A stretch of 64,000 nt of DNA, from contig OZ076411.1 in assembly GCA_964187785.1 (NCBI GenBank), positions 35,588,001 through 35,652,000 on the forward strand. The letters run 5' to 3'. The notes below the pieces were generated by a model. The model worked only from the letters and a program-made list of their open reading frames with translations. It was not told where the DNA came from and did no database searches. Below, piece by piece: positions 12,401 through 25,599 of this stretch (position 1 is its first letter; every line of letters starts with the position of its first letter). The DNA comes from Amphiscolops sp. MND2022 (lineage: Eukaryota). A program made the position numbers and the translations under genes.

Positions 12401-15400
12401 AAGGTTTCAGTGTAACTACTCGATGAAGTATAAGACTGCCTATTTTTGCAAATTTGGAATAATCTAGTTTAGTTTTGCTAGCTTTAGTGATTTGCTGTCG
12501 TACACAATTTGTCCAAAGTTGATCTTTCCTCTTATATTTCCTTTGCTCTTGGTTCAGAAATCCAGCTATCATCTGCCAAAGCTAACGTCGTCTGTTGCTA
12601 ATACAATGTGTCCTTTTTTGTTGGGTACTGCGAAAGCTGTTGCATCAGCTAACGCTTGCTTCATTGAACTAAATGCTTCTTGGTGTTGCTTGCTCCATTG
12701 GAAACATTTGTTATTTATCCGTCACACCTGCATACGTTGCGCCGTAGCGACATGAAGGTGGTTGAAGTACATGTGGTTCCGCTTTGCTTCTCGGCGGCAT
12801 CCTGTCCTGCATTTTGCTACTTTCGCCTGGGTCTGGCTTGATGCCTTCTCCAGGAACAACTCGTCCGAGGTTTTTCGTTTCCGTGCGCATGGTTTCTCAG
12901 CAGCATTTTGAAGCCCCCCCAGAGACCTTCGAATCCTTACCGAATGCTCACTAGTAGGTCATCAAGGGTTTCGGTTGCGTTGACCAGATCGTCAAAAAAG
13001 CAATCACGACATGCTTTATTGTTGTTGAATCTTTTGCAGTGCTCCAGCGATTGATTTCTGGAAAGTGGCCGATACATTGCATAGCCCAAAGGTCATGGGA
13101 CGCAATCTGAAGTACCCGAGCTCAAGCGCTAACGTGGTCGTTTTCCGATCACGCTTCTTCAGCGGTGTCTGCCGGAAGGCCCACGCTAAGACGATGCTAT
13201 TGAAAATCTTGGAGTAACCTAATTTATAAACGCTTCCGTCGATCACAGCAAGTGGGAACGAATCCTTCACTACCACGTCGTTCAGCAGTCGGAAGTCACA
13301 GCAAAAGCTTGCCTGTTTTTTCTTCACCATGACTATCCCACCGGACAATGGCGAGTAGGGAGTAGGAAGACTGTGTCAGACCTACGGCCAGTAACATTCG
13401 GAGTTGACTTTTGCCGCCTTTTCGCGGTACCTTCGCCTCGGTTCTTCAGTGTATGGCACAGGCCCGTCCCGAGATATATGCTATGTTGTGTTATTTTGCA
13501 TTTCACGATGCCTGCTTTGTTGTTCATGAACAAGTCTTCGTATTCATTTGAATTGTTTGCTAGATTTTACCTTGCATCTTTTCCCCAAAAAAATAAATGA
13601 CTGAGGAGAAGTCTGTTTTTGACTTTGAATTCAACTATTGGGGATCTGTCCTATGTTGTATTTCGTCCTCGGGAAGACCTTGTTCTGACTGTCAATTTTG
13701 TGGTAGAGTACGAACAAAATCAAAAAAACTAATTTCGGGTTTTCCTTCTAGATTTCATTTAAAATGCACTTTATTCACATGTTCGGCTGCAAACTCAGCA
13801 GCTTCCAAACAGAAACAAATTGCAGCATGAAAACTGTTAACCACAGCTTCATGTTGGTGTGTTTTCTGAAACATGCGGAAAGTTAATTCTTGCGCTGTAA
13901 ACGTGGAACTCAGTTTTTTGATGTGTGATTATTTTAGCCCTTATTATTTTGCGTGAGTTCGAGAGGATGTAAGACAGCGTCCTCAACTGGAACTACGAAG
14001 GATGCTTGCTGCACACTTACAGAATGCACCACCTTAAAGGGATGTTTTCGGGTTGCTGAAGGTTACCTCATAGCAGTCAGGTTCTCGAGAACGTTGTACG
14101 TCAGAGGAACTATCGTCCCTGCAAGAAGTCTTCTGCTTCCAGGTGTTCAGTTATGTCAACAAAATTGGCTTTGAGGATGTTTCCTCTCAGCAGGACGCTG
14201 ACGTCTTCCGATATTTCGATTGTGTTGAAACTTTTGTCATTGTCAGCATCGAGTTGAAGATCGTAAGACAAGAGGCTGAGGGCGAGCGAAGAGACAATTT
14301 TTTTGGAAGGAATTCAGGAAGATAATAGATACTACGGATCCTGCGTCGATCCTATCGTACAGTGGCATTGCCTCCTTGAAGATAATCGCATTCGCAGCTA
14401 CCTGATAGGCCCTTTCACATATCCGAATTTCTTCCTTGGTGTCTTCATTACGATACATACCCCCGCAAGCAAGTTCCAAGATATTGCGACTTGAATTAAA
14501 ATCCAATCACAGCGGGTTATTATTATAAATACAGTTTTACACTTTTCTCATATTACACCAAGTGACAATTTGTAACACTGAATGATTAAAATTCACTAAT
14601 TGACTGGTTTACACTATGTTGTTTCACCTCAGTTCTTTTATTCCCGAATCTAAACCATGCGAATAGTGTCCTTTCGGGACCAAAATCGCATCGAACTTCA
14701 CGTCGACGCCACCAAAGTAGCTACCGGGATTGGTGCGATTCTCTTCATCGTTTGCTCTGGAACTAACTTTGATTCAACATATTTAGCGGAGTTCTTAAAT
14801 GGTTGCGACGCTCTCTCAGTTTTAGTGTTTCGACATAACCCCTCCTTTAAAAGAGCTAGTGTTAGGTTGGAATGCGGTTTTTTTCCCGCTGTCAGCAGCA
14901 AGTGGATGGAATTCAATGTCTCAGTGCAAGGATTCTGGTGTGGTTAATATTTGCTTTTCGCCACAAGTAACTACTACCAGGCGCGAGGGGACTCCTGCTT
15001 CGACGTGATCAGGTAGTCTGAGTCAGTGAAGTCGATGTGATAAGTGACAGACGTATGCCTTGCCGCTCTAACTTCTTCGTCTCATTCTATACCTTCTGGG
15101 GTCAAACCTTCGGATGCGGAATGTCTTGTCCGTCAACATGTAATGCAGAACGCTAATGTTCCTCAGAACAGTAACAATGCTGGAAAAATAACGTTTTTCA
15201 TGCCTTGCGGGTTAGAAGGGAAGTCCATCCGTCGGATGGGGTCGCATGTTATGAGTTGAGTTGCTGCTGTATCAGTTTCCGCGCTCAATTTTCAGGGGGC
15301 AAACAAAAAGCGATAGATCTTGTTGTCAACAAGCCACTGGCTGTTTGAGTGGTTGCTGTAAATTGTGTGCCTTTGTGGCGCGGCAGGTTGGGGTACCTGG

Positions 15401-17400
15401 TGTCGCTGATTTATTGCGGTAGCTTGTTGCGGCACGGCCGGATATTGCTCAGTACGGGCAGAGCTAAGCCTGCATCGATACTGCTGCTCAGTGATTATAA
15501 GTGCTTCTACCGTTGGTGATTCTTCGACGTATTTCTCTTCGCGTCTCTGCATCATTTTGTAGCGTCATGCTGGGACTTCTACAGTTGGAAACCTTGACTG
15601 CGCAAGCCTTCAACGCGACTAAGAATTGCATGTAATCCTAATCACTGGTTTGGTTGCGCGTGCGGAATTGTTACTGTATGTGGATCCTGCTAGATCTCAT
15701 TCCCAACCTACGTGCAAGAAGCGCTATTATTTTTTCGTCGGTGTCCCATTCGGCCTTAGATTAGTTGGTTCTGTAAAATCTTGCCTCGTTTTTCAGGATT
15801 TCGATAGTGGTCCATGCTTTCTCCAAGAGCGTTGCCTCTGCGTGCGCTTTCACAAAGATCGCTCTAATTACAACATCATTCCGTTGACATTGCCATCGAG
15901 CGTTGTTACGCAAAAAAATGATGGGCTTGGTTTGGCTTCTTTTGCCGCTAGCAGCGGTTCCAAGCCTTTGAACACTGCTGTTGTGATTTCTTGCGCCGCG
16001 CATGTCTCTGCATTGTTCTGGGGGTTTTAAACTTGGGTTCCTCCGCTGCGATCTTTTGGTCTAAACTCTATTGCATGTAGTTTTTTGCTTCGTACTGGAG
16101 GCCAACGGCCGTGGTATGATATCAACAAAGTATTACCGGTGGCTTGACAATGGCACACGTCCATGGTGCCGAGCTGAGAGTCATTAAATTACTTGCAGCT
16201 GCGCAACAATCGCTTGTTATCTATGCGTCTCTCGCGAAAGGGTCAATTGATGATATGTCAGTTATCGAGTCTGTCCTCGTGTCGCAGGTCCACAGTTCAC
16301 CTTAAACCAATTTCGGGATCTCGTTTGTTCTCTCTGGCTTTTACTTGTATAGCGAAGGTGTTTGAACCCTCGCCTATTAGGTGTACTCTGTTTGCCGCCT
16401 GCTAGTAGGTTCAGAGCCTGCTTATCTCTATATGTTGGTGGCTGCGCGGAAAATGCACTTGTGGTAGGCGCGATAGCTTGTGTTGATACCATTAGCAATG
16501 ATGGAGGGCGGCTAGCTCCCGCAAATGACTGGGCAGCCACGGCTCTCACCTCGAGGTCCAGCATAGTTGTCATTAGCTCCTTCAAGTGGTTTTATGCATC
16601 TGAGTCCCGCCGTCGCTTCAAAGCGGACATTGACTTCAGGCAGTCAACAGATCGGCTACCTCGTGCTTTCAAAATGGTGGTCAACTCCGTCATGCGAGTG
16701 TCAGTTAGTGTCTCCCGGTGTCTGATGATGTCGCAATTCGATGCTATCGAGGATTCCAACTCGCCCTCACTGATGCGTTCCAATTTCAATTCTGGCAATT
16801 TTTTTTGCAACTCATCCATTTTCCCCATCATCATCTCAGATCGCTGAGCGTGCTAATTATCTTCATGCGCTGAACTTCCTAATGCATCTCTAATACCCCT
16901 TGTGATTGTCAAGTTTGGCGCGGCCATGCTGCTTGCTCTTGAGTTTTTCGTGTATTTGCCGATCGCTCTAGGTGGTCTATGCACCCTCCAAGCAACTGAA
17001 AGGGTTAGTCACTCTCTTCATTGCTCACTTGTCTTGTCAGTCGGAGTGCCTATTGAAATCGCAGGAGTAGTCAGATGTGTTGTGTTCGTGAACGGATTTC
17101 TATTGGTGGTAACCACCAGTACCCCAGAATCCAATGTGTCAGCGCTTGCGCATATTTCTGAGGTTGATCCAATGGTGTTGCATCCCACTCGCTGGACCTG
17201 CCCGTTCGCTAGTTTCTTGTTCTGTCGCTGATCTGTTGTTGGACATAGGCCAGCCTTCTAGGCTGTTCATAGTGACAACCAGCGGAAGCCAGGTGCTACT
17301 AGGGCGAACCTCGGCGCTATCTATTCGATAAGCACTGTCGTGAGAAGGTAGTGACGATCCGGGCTGCCTTACGTGAGTCATCTCGTAATGTGCTCACCAT
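9470..17400 (-). mobile_element. Degenerate Ty3/Gypsy LTR retrotransposon (G0); LTRs not recognised
   Basis: Order on the minus strand: coiled-coil gag remnants (16.8-15.3 kb), protease-like IDAGSVVSII (~14.34 kb), RT (13420-13016), RT/RNase H connection FQWSKQHQEAFSSMKQALADATAFAVP...LATD (~12.65 kb), and integrase core WLASHGISSRM and YNSTRQATTGSSPYQL (~11.8-11.5 kb). Confidence 0.85.
13016..13420 (-). pseudogene. pol: Gypsy reverse transcriptase remnant (G0)
   Basis: IVMVKKK..FCCDFRLLNDVVVKDSFPL..ID...AFRQ..L...DR.TTT......F..RPMTFGLCNVSATFQ is a classic Gypsy RT N-terminal motif series. Confidence 0.9.
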
Positions 17401-17659
17401 TCAATACAACGTGACATAGCTTCTGAAAACATTCGGGCTATAATGTTGTCCGTGACGCATTAAGAGCGAGCATTCAGCTTTGACAGCTCCTCTACATCGC
17501 TTGCGAACGGGTTGATTGCTGCTTGGGTCTACAGTCATTTCATCTATGGGCCTCCCAAACGTACGAGCTCATCTATCGCCGCGTGTATTGACTTCTATAT
17601 TTCAAAAACATGATGAAAATTTGTTGCTCATTACGATACATGTCCCGCAAAAGTGGAAA

Positions 17660-18170
17660 GTGATCACTTGGTGTAAATAGTTTTTTTGGGTAAAATAGTC
17701 AATTACTGTAAATTTGTCAAAGACTGTAGTAATCCATTAGTGTAGTGGTGCAGCAAAGTGTAGTATGAACGCGGTGAATTCCAGTCAAAATGCGTAGTTA
17801 GTAAATGGTGTAAAACAGTCAAAATTTACAAGCTAATTTAGTAAGGTGTAATTTAGTCAAAGTTTGATTAAATTTCAGTTTGAATGAGTCTTCTTTTACA
17901 AAACTACCGAAAAGTGTAAATTAGTCGAAGTTTGACAGTTTACGGCAAGTTAATAAAAACTTTAAACACATCATTTTGCATTGAATAGTTGCTTGGCGTT
18001 TAATTACTTTGACTAAATTACACATAACTTTGACTGAGTTACGCGATTAAACAATTACAGCATACGTACATCAACACATACATACATTCAGTAAAGTTTA
18101 CATTGGATGGCACATGCACGCAAAAGCAATTCTAGTCATTTAGTGTAACTAACTAATTATGTCAATTTAG
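17660..18170. repeat. Cluster of degenerate ~15-bp motifs G(C/T)GTAAWTWAGTCAA (MITE-like or minisatellite-like), copy 1
   Basis: About 5 forward motifs (e.g. 17847 GTGTAATTTAGTCAA) and 2 reverse motifs (TTGACTAAATTACAC at ~18009). The cluster ends in TAGTCATT..GTGTAACTAA. Confidence 0.7.
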
Positions 18171-18484
18171 AGATTAATGATTTGAACTATTTGCTTACTG
18201 ATCATGCCAGTGAAACATAAACATTAACTCGAGGATCTTTTCTCAGAAATTCCCAGGATGTTAATTCTTCCACAGTAGAACCAGAACATTCAACCAATGT
18301 CTGTTTAGGACTGCGTGAATTCACAAGGGAAAAGTGTGTATCGTATCTGGCTTCTAAACTATCACCAGCAAACATGCTGTGCAGCAAATATGCTCTTCTG
18401 GATATGTTTGTGTTACTTCTATATCCGTACGTTTATATAGTTTTTGATTTTTTGTTCCAAAAATATTCAATTCTAAAAACGTCC

Positions 18485-18552
18485 TTACCGGGAATCGAAC
18501 TCAGTCCTAAAGATCGACCGCCTTGTATTCTACCATCTACGCCACCGATCGC
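18485..18552 (-). pseudogene. tRNA-Gly-derived sequence (tRNA pseudogene or SINE head)
   Basis: Minus strand reads GCGATCGGTGGCGTAGATGGTAGAAT...GAGTTCGATTCCCGG, with an A box and a B box. The 5' and T-arm parts resemble metazoan tRNA-Gly, but the anticodon arm is degenerate. Confidence 0.65.
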
Positions 18553-19659
18553 TTGTAATCAATGGGACTTCAGTACTTCATAATCTTGCACTGTTCAACA
18601 AATTGCGTTAGGTGAATTAGTATATAGACGGGAGTTTAATTGGCTGAAGATTTGGTAAATTAACTTGTTCTGATCATGACAGTAGGCAAAATTTTTACCC
18701 GTTTTTGTGTTTAGAATCACTTAGAAGTCATTACCAATCATCGTTCAATGATGATGTTATTTCACTTCAACTAATACATTAAAGCATTGGATTACTCGTA
18801 ATCACACCACGCTGATTTTTTATTGGGATTACTCTCTGAATACAATTCTGTTTTCTCTGAAAACCTCTATTCTCTACAAGAGACAACTTGCAAGCACATT
18901 CTCAGGGATAAAAATGTTTATCGTGAACTAATACTAAAATTGGTATAATTTTAAAATTAAAAAAATCGTTCGAAATTAACACCTTTGTTTTTATCAGAGA
19001 CAGCAGAAAGTAGTTTTGAGTCCTGGAAACTTTCTGAGTTGAATAACTTTTGAATTTTCTTGTTAACTGGGGTGGTTTTCTTTCGATAATCCCACATTAT
19101 GTGGGTCCTTGAAGATGAGACCTTGAAAATGAGATAAGTGGGTATTTCTGGGAGTTTCAGTTTTTCTCGGGAATTAGGCTTTTTTTCTGCATTCAGGACG
19201 ATCCATTTCACAGACCTTCTGGCTGTTTTCCTCAAACAAACAAAACATCACTACTTGTCAAAACTTCCAATACTTTGTTATTCTTTCTAAAAGTTATTCA
19301 TAATCTTTGAATACTTTCAAAACTAGTTTCAATATCAAACCTCTAACAGTTTTGAAATCGAATGAATTGAAATGAAATTTTTGAATTTCCTCGACCAAAC
19401 AAACTAATCTAATTTTCCTAAGCTCATTTGAACTAAGTGGTAACTGATCATGCCAGTATGCTAAATTTTTAAATTGAAAGTTTATGATTTGAATCCTCGT
19501 GATTGTATTCAAATCACTCAGAATTCAATACTAATCATCATTGAATCAATACCGATGTTTTCACACAAGAACTGAAACATCTAGCAAGTGAAATTGATCC
19601 ATTGCAATCTTCACAACAATGTTTATATAACCATCTTTATTAAAGGTAAACTAATGACT

Positions 19660-19900
19660 CACAAAACGCGTAAAATAGTCAAGTTCATCACTGTGCTACA
19701 CTATTTGACTAATTTACACCACGTAATTAGTAAGACGGCGTAATTCAGTCAAAATGCGTAGTGGAAAATCGCGTAATTTAGTCAAAGTGCGTAGTACTGC
19801 ATAAGTGCGTAATTCAGTCAATTAGTGTAAATTTATGGACCGGAAAATAGTGTAAACTAGTCAATTAGTCAGTTTTAGTCATTCCGTGTAACTAATTATC
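19660..19900. repeat. Cluster of the same motif, copy 2
   Basis: GCGTAATTCAGTCAA twice, plus GCGTAATTTAGTCAA, GTGTAAACTAGTCAA and a reverse TTGACTAATTTACAC. It has the same terminal TAGTCATT..GTGTAACTAATTAT. Confidence 0.7.
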
Positions 19901-22837
19901 ATTTGGTGTAGTAGGAGAAAAGTTTAAATCTGTTTTTTAAAAGTAACTCACTGTGATTGGTTATTAATGCATGTCGCAAGATCTGAGAACTTGCTTGCGG
20001 GGATATGTATCGTAATGCTGTCCTACTAAGTTTGTATTGATTTTTCTTTTCGATCGTTGTTTGGTCACGAAAACCGTTCCTTTTCAACTGCTGTAATCAC
20101 TAGTTTACTTGTTGTTCTGTTTTGAGACGCACTGAGTCTAGAGAGTCGAATACGCTGGGAATGCCAAAAAACGGGTGCCTAACTCTCGTCGCACGGCAAG
20201 ATACGCACTGAGTATCCGTAATCTCAACTATTAGTTTGTACTCAGGTGACTTTGCTATCGGTTGGACGAAAACGCGGTTTTTACGTTTTACCCGACTACG
20301 TCGCATGGGCCGTTTTTTGGTAGACCAGGGGTAACAGCATAGTCCAGTCACTGCGTAACACGTTCAGCGACTCGTAACATGGGTGTAGTGAAAAAATGAG
20401 ATCGTTGCAAGACTTACTCGGATCTATGACAGCTTAAATTCTGCGAGTTTTATACAAAGTTCGTCTTAACCATTTTTGTCGTCAAAACGCACGCCTGAGG
20501 AAAAAGCACTTCTAGCACTGCTAACAAACTGAAAAGTTGACACGCTTTGTTTTTCTAAATGAATCGTGGGGAATTGACCAACAATTGGGCTTAAAGCAAT
20601 TTTTTTGCTAAATGCGGTGGATCAACAAAGTTGTTGGGCAAATGGAGAAGATCACACTTTCTTCGTCAAACACGCGTTTTCTGCCTCTTATACCTTGAAT
20701 TTGTTATGCGAGCGTAAACAAGGCACATGTTACGGAAAAACACTTTAGCGGTTAGCCGGAGTTGTAATTAGGTGATCCGAGGTGACCAAACTATGTTGTT
20801 CACTTGGCGCCGTTTTTTCTGGTCTAAGTCAGCAAAAGTGTCACTTTCTACAAGTTGGGCCGCAGCAAGCTGCTCAAAATGCACAAATCAGTTGAGTACC
20901 GTGTGGGCAAAATTCAATGTCTTCGCGCTGGGAGATCCCATCCCCGAGTTATCGCATTGTGCTCAACTAAAATGCTGTCATGGGGTAAATTTCATACGAT
21001 TTTCAAGTAAAATTGCGACTAGGTTTCTTAATGACAGGTGACGGAACGGCAACAAACTTTACACCACTAACATAACGTTTTGCGGTCTAAACCATAAGGC
21101 AATCTGTGTTTTACTGCTTTTTAGGAGCGAGTTCGACTTGTCTGAGAAGCACTACTATCGAGTTACCAAATTTCGCAAATACATGTTTTCGCATAATCTC
21201 CGCAATCACTGGTCAGAATCACTCGCGGTTATTTGCGTTAGCAACGTCACATTGTTATGATTGAATAGGCTAGGGGAACCTGACAGGTTCGAATAATGGT
21301 GTCTCAAAAAGTTTCCATGTTGCACTTTTTTTATACCCTGGGAACATTACGAATAAGACGCATTTTCATGAAGAAACTTGAATAATCTGTTCTTAGACGT
21401 TAGAGGCTGTTTCAACAGTAACGTAGCAAGTTTTAAGGTTGTTTCGGGTACTGGGGTTTTTTAAATCAATATTTTTCGTCTTATACCGCTCATGTCTTTA
21501 GCTTCCTCTACTCAGGTCCATGTATCTAACAAGGAAGCAAGTGATAAACTTATCATTTTGTATTGAAAAGGTTAAAACTGTCTTGGCAAAAGTGCGTCGT
21601 ATTACCAAACACGGAACAATGATTTTTGAGCTAATTGAAAGGATTAATAACAAACGCACAAGACTTTGCACTCACCAAGTTTGATCCGAAAAGCCAACGT
21701 TAGTTTTCTTGCTGATTTTTTTGGGGTTGTCACAATTTAGATTAGCATGTTGTTTCTGTTCCTGACTTGACATGTCCAATGAAACGCTTCTGTTGTTTTC
21801 CACTGTCCTTACCTTCTCTTGAACGATTTTAATCTTCAAAACGTCAAATGTAACAAAATTGAAAAATTGGTATTATATATAGTTTGACAGGGCTTTATAG
21901 CTAACTCGCTAAACTTTTTCACGAATCAATCAAAAACCCATTTGGCATTTCTAATATTTAGTACTAGTGAGGGTAGACATAAGAAAAAACGTTAAAATTG
22001 CAAAACACAAAGTGAACAAAGTGACTTAGCGAATCCTGGTGGGTGCCGTGGTCCATCGGATGGACGAAAAGGTGTGATTTTGTGAATTGTGCTCCCTGCC
22101 CAGTGAGCGCCTTCGGCGATCACTTTGGCAGTTTGAACACCTTGAAAAAGCTTCGGGACCATTTAAAACAAAATCCGGTTCACTCGGAAGTGAAATTCCT
22201 AAAGATAAAGTATTGATCAATATGAAACGTTGTCATCAAACGTCATTTTCAATTGTCGGACCTCGGTAGAACGCAAAAAACGCACGGATTTTGCTAGAAA
22301 TGGTACCAAAGAGACAAGGTAAGAAATCTTTCAGTTCTAGATCTTGATCTCACAAAGCCGAAAAGCAGAAAAAACTCCAACTGAGACAAAAATATTGCAA
22401 ACTATTTTTTGTGGTGGCCATGAAAAACTTTTAGATGTAACGTCGAGTTTTTGTCTTACAAAATAGAGCTGGAAAAACGCCTAGGTTGCCTTGACAAGAA
22501 ATCCTTGTCTTGCTACATCGCTAGAAATCAGTGTCTGTTCCAAAAGAGGTCTCCTCGTGAGACTTTCCAAATGTCGGGGAGGCTCCTCATTTAGAACTCT
22601 GTGGCGACAAGCTGGCACTTCCAAAGTTCGGACACGTACAACAAGCATCTAAAAACTATTCCTAGGTCCCTGCGACTTCCTATATACTTCCATGGTCCAA
22701 AAAGTGCCAGTAGCTGAAAGACATTTTATTGATGAAATATGATGTTGAAATCGAAACTTATCAGGTCAAACGTTACCATATATCTGGAAATCCGTACTAA
22801 CTGGTCAGAATAATGACAAATAAGCATCTGTTACCTA

Positions 22838-23100
22838 CGAATTGCGGATCTTGAACATAGGCTGTGCGAAAGTTGTGAGTCTTTTTTGATGCTTCTCGGC
22901 CTTCTTCTGGGAATAGCATTCTGAAGGGACGTTTTGGGACGTTTTCTTAGTATGTATCATCACGGATGTGTTTGGAGCTCGTTTCCGGGTTTTCTTCTGT
23001 TCGTCTGTGTTATCTCGGTCGAGGTGTGTTATTTCGTCGATCACCGTACTCTCAACTTATTTGTTGGAACCTGTTAGGTTGAGCATGTCACATTTCGAAC
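22838..23100 (-). repeat. Dispersed repeat, copy 2 (homologous to 8765-9020)
   Basis: Collinear with copy 1. On the minus strand both copies read ...IPR...NFRT(D/A)YVQDP(K/Q)F. Confidence 0.75.
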
Positions 23101-24188
23101 ATTTCACAATTACTTTAACAAGAAAACAACGTTCAGCCCTGTTTCATTAAAATACACTGGTTCAAGATCTGTGATCTTCCAAATCTGGACCTGCAGGGTG
23201 GAATAACCTAAATTTTTTTCTTCACATCTTTTCTCTTCCACACTAAAATCGTCAAGTTTCTAAAACAGCTTAGAGAGGAAAAAATATCTAAAGTGGAAAA
23301 TGGGAATAAGATCTAATGGGAATAAGATCAACAAATTCAGGACGGGAAGAATATATAAACGGAATAAGACCTAAAATCACTAAATTTTAGATCCTAATAT
23401 TTAAATCTTTTCCCCCTCCCAAAAATGGCTATGGCTCAGTTGGTGAAGGCGAAGAAGGCGGAAATTATGCGGTTGCATAGCGGGCGTCTTGTTGCTTATA
23501 TTGTGTAACGATAGGCATTCCTAAAGCTTGATAGCTACATTAGATGGAAAACTAGCGGACAAAACATACGTCCGGGGCTAGACAGTTTCGTAAACCAGCT
23601 CAATTTCCTCCCAGGCATGTCCCGAAGGGGGTAACCGTCTTAAAGGATGCTCTCCGGCTTGATTCTAGTATGTAACTGCTAGTATAAGAAATAACGGGAA
23701 TTATGCTTTCCTACTCACAACCAACGTTTAGACAGCCTTTAAAAACAATGCTAAGAATAAAAAGTGAAAATTTCCAAATCCAGGGTGACATGGGAATAGT
23801 ATCTAAAATTGCCAAAACTAGCTCTCGGGCTAGCAAATACAGCTAAACCCAAAGCAAGTACATCAAAGCACGCTGGGGCGCACGGTCTTCAAGTACCAAA
23901 CAAGGATCTTCAGGCGAAAAGACTCATTTCTCCGGTTCTCGCTACTTGAGGTAGCATAATGCTGAAAATCGGTAAACACAGGGTGTTAGCACCAAAACAG
24001 AGTCTTTTTCTCTTTGTGTTTTCGCACAGTCTCGCTCGGTCTGCATTCGTCCTTGTTTTGCATTAAAAATGACGGAAACAGCGAAAAGAGCAATCACCAC
24101 GTCACACATCGAATTGATATTTTTCGCATGACTGATGTCAAAGTTTCAAATCCGGCAAAAATGCCTTGATAAAAAATGACTGTTTCAG

Positions 24189-24601
24189 ATGGCGTCTTCT
24201 CAAGGGACAACTCAACGCTCCAGCTTTTTTTGCCCATCCACAAATCAAATCTCACAAATGAAGTCTTTCATGTCCATTTCTTCATTCACCCGGCTCCAGA
24301 GGATAAAAGTTATCGACACCTGTGGAAAAGGAATGAGTATCTCGTGTCCAGGTATCACGATAAAACGCACTTCTGCCCCTACATGTATCACATTTTCATA
24401 CGCAACAACGAAGAATTGACAGGAGGAAAGTATGCCTCACCAAACGGGAGATTCATCTTAGACCTCAACCGCTTATCCACAGGAGGTTTACAAGTTCTAG
24501 ACACAGCTCGCGGGAGCTCAATCATACATGGTCAACAAATCCCTTTCGATGGAATTTCCATTCTGGATGGTAAACTGATATTCTTCATCAATTCAGGAAA
24601 T
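24189..24601 (+). CDS. Probable internal exon of an unknown host gene (137 complete codons), with a weak bulb-lectin-like stretch
   Basis: Acceptor TGTTTCAG ends at 24188 and a perfect donor GTAAGT starts at 24602. The frame is open throughout (ORF 24176..24637) and has sequons NST and NLT. The stretch KYASPNGRFILDL is reminiscent of bulb-type lectin repeats. Confidence 0.6.
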
Positions 24602-25599
24602 GTAAGTTCAGTGATTTTGGAATCAAAACCAAACTAAGTCATTAGTTTCTTCTTCTATACCGAGCGTTTGTTATGGATAGGATATTTCCTCATAGTGAGA
24701 AATGTTGAAAGTTTGCTGACGATATTCATTATTTTAGGTGCAATCTGGCAGTTAACATAGGCTGCTTGTTTCGAAAAACTTGTCACTTCCAAATACGATA
24801 CAACAGCTGGTTCCATGTGGCAACTTCATGTTTTCATAAACAAAATCGCAAGAAAAAGAAAATGGGAACATTTTTTAAAACTCACTTGAACAACTTATTC
24901 AAGCAAAATATTGGGTACAAATGAGCCGCTAAATTTTTCAGTGGCTAGTGGTCGCTCGAAGTTAAACCTCTAGTTTTCTTGTGTGCAACATTGCATACGG
25001 AGGTGAAAAACTTGAATAACTTGAACACAATGGATAATCAAATGCAGAATCCTTTGAGCAATTCTAAAAACATCAGAAGAAGACCCATCAGCTTACAAGT
25101 TGTCAATAGGACGAGAGAGGTAGATTGAGACTGTAAAATGACGGCTACGTCATAGAGACCCAAATAAATAGTCGAATAAACTACATACCTAAAATCAGCT
25201 CTAATTCGAACCGAATAGATCATGCATAGAACACTATAAAAAATATGTCTGCACACATTACCACAATAGAGAAACATTGCCGAAAGAAGAAAGTTTAGTT
25301 GTTTTGAACTTCATTCTTTCGAATTTATATCATGTTTTATTTCTTCTTTTTCCCCTTATATCCTTATCTAGTTTCTTTCCCATTTGTTGGAAACAGTACC
25401 AAATTCGCTCTGATAGACTTTCTAGCTTTAATTTGAATTGAAAGTTTCCTTTTCTCGATTTTTGATTTATTTCAATTCATTGGATTGATTATCCATTACT
25501 TATTAACAATTTTCAAATCTAATGAAATGTTGATTTAAAAGCCGAAACAATGTTTTGGTGTTGATTTGCTGTAATGCAATCAATAAGTAAAAGTTTATC

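Noticed and set aside
20080-21300. GC-richer segment with short ORFs, possibly a transposase or retroelement piece
   Set aside because: I could not find a convincing motif in any frame, so it is left unassigned.
23425-23500. tRNA gene (TGGCTCAGTTGG A-box-like)
   Set aside because: There is no B box or cloverleaf downstream.
25038-25277. Hydrophobic 79-aa minus-strand ORF as a membrane protein exon
   Set aside because: Its composition is explained by T-rich antisense sequence, and it has no clear splice signals or motifs.
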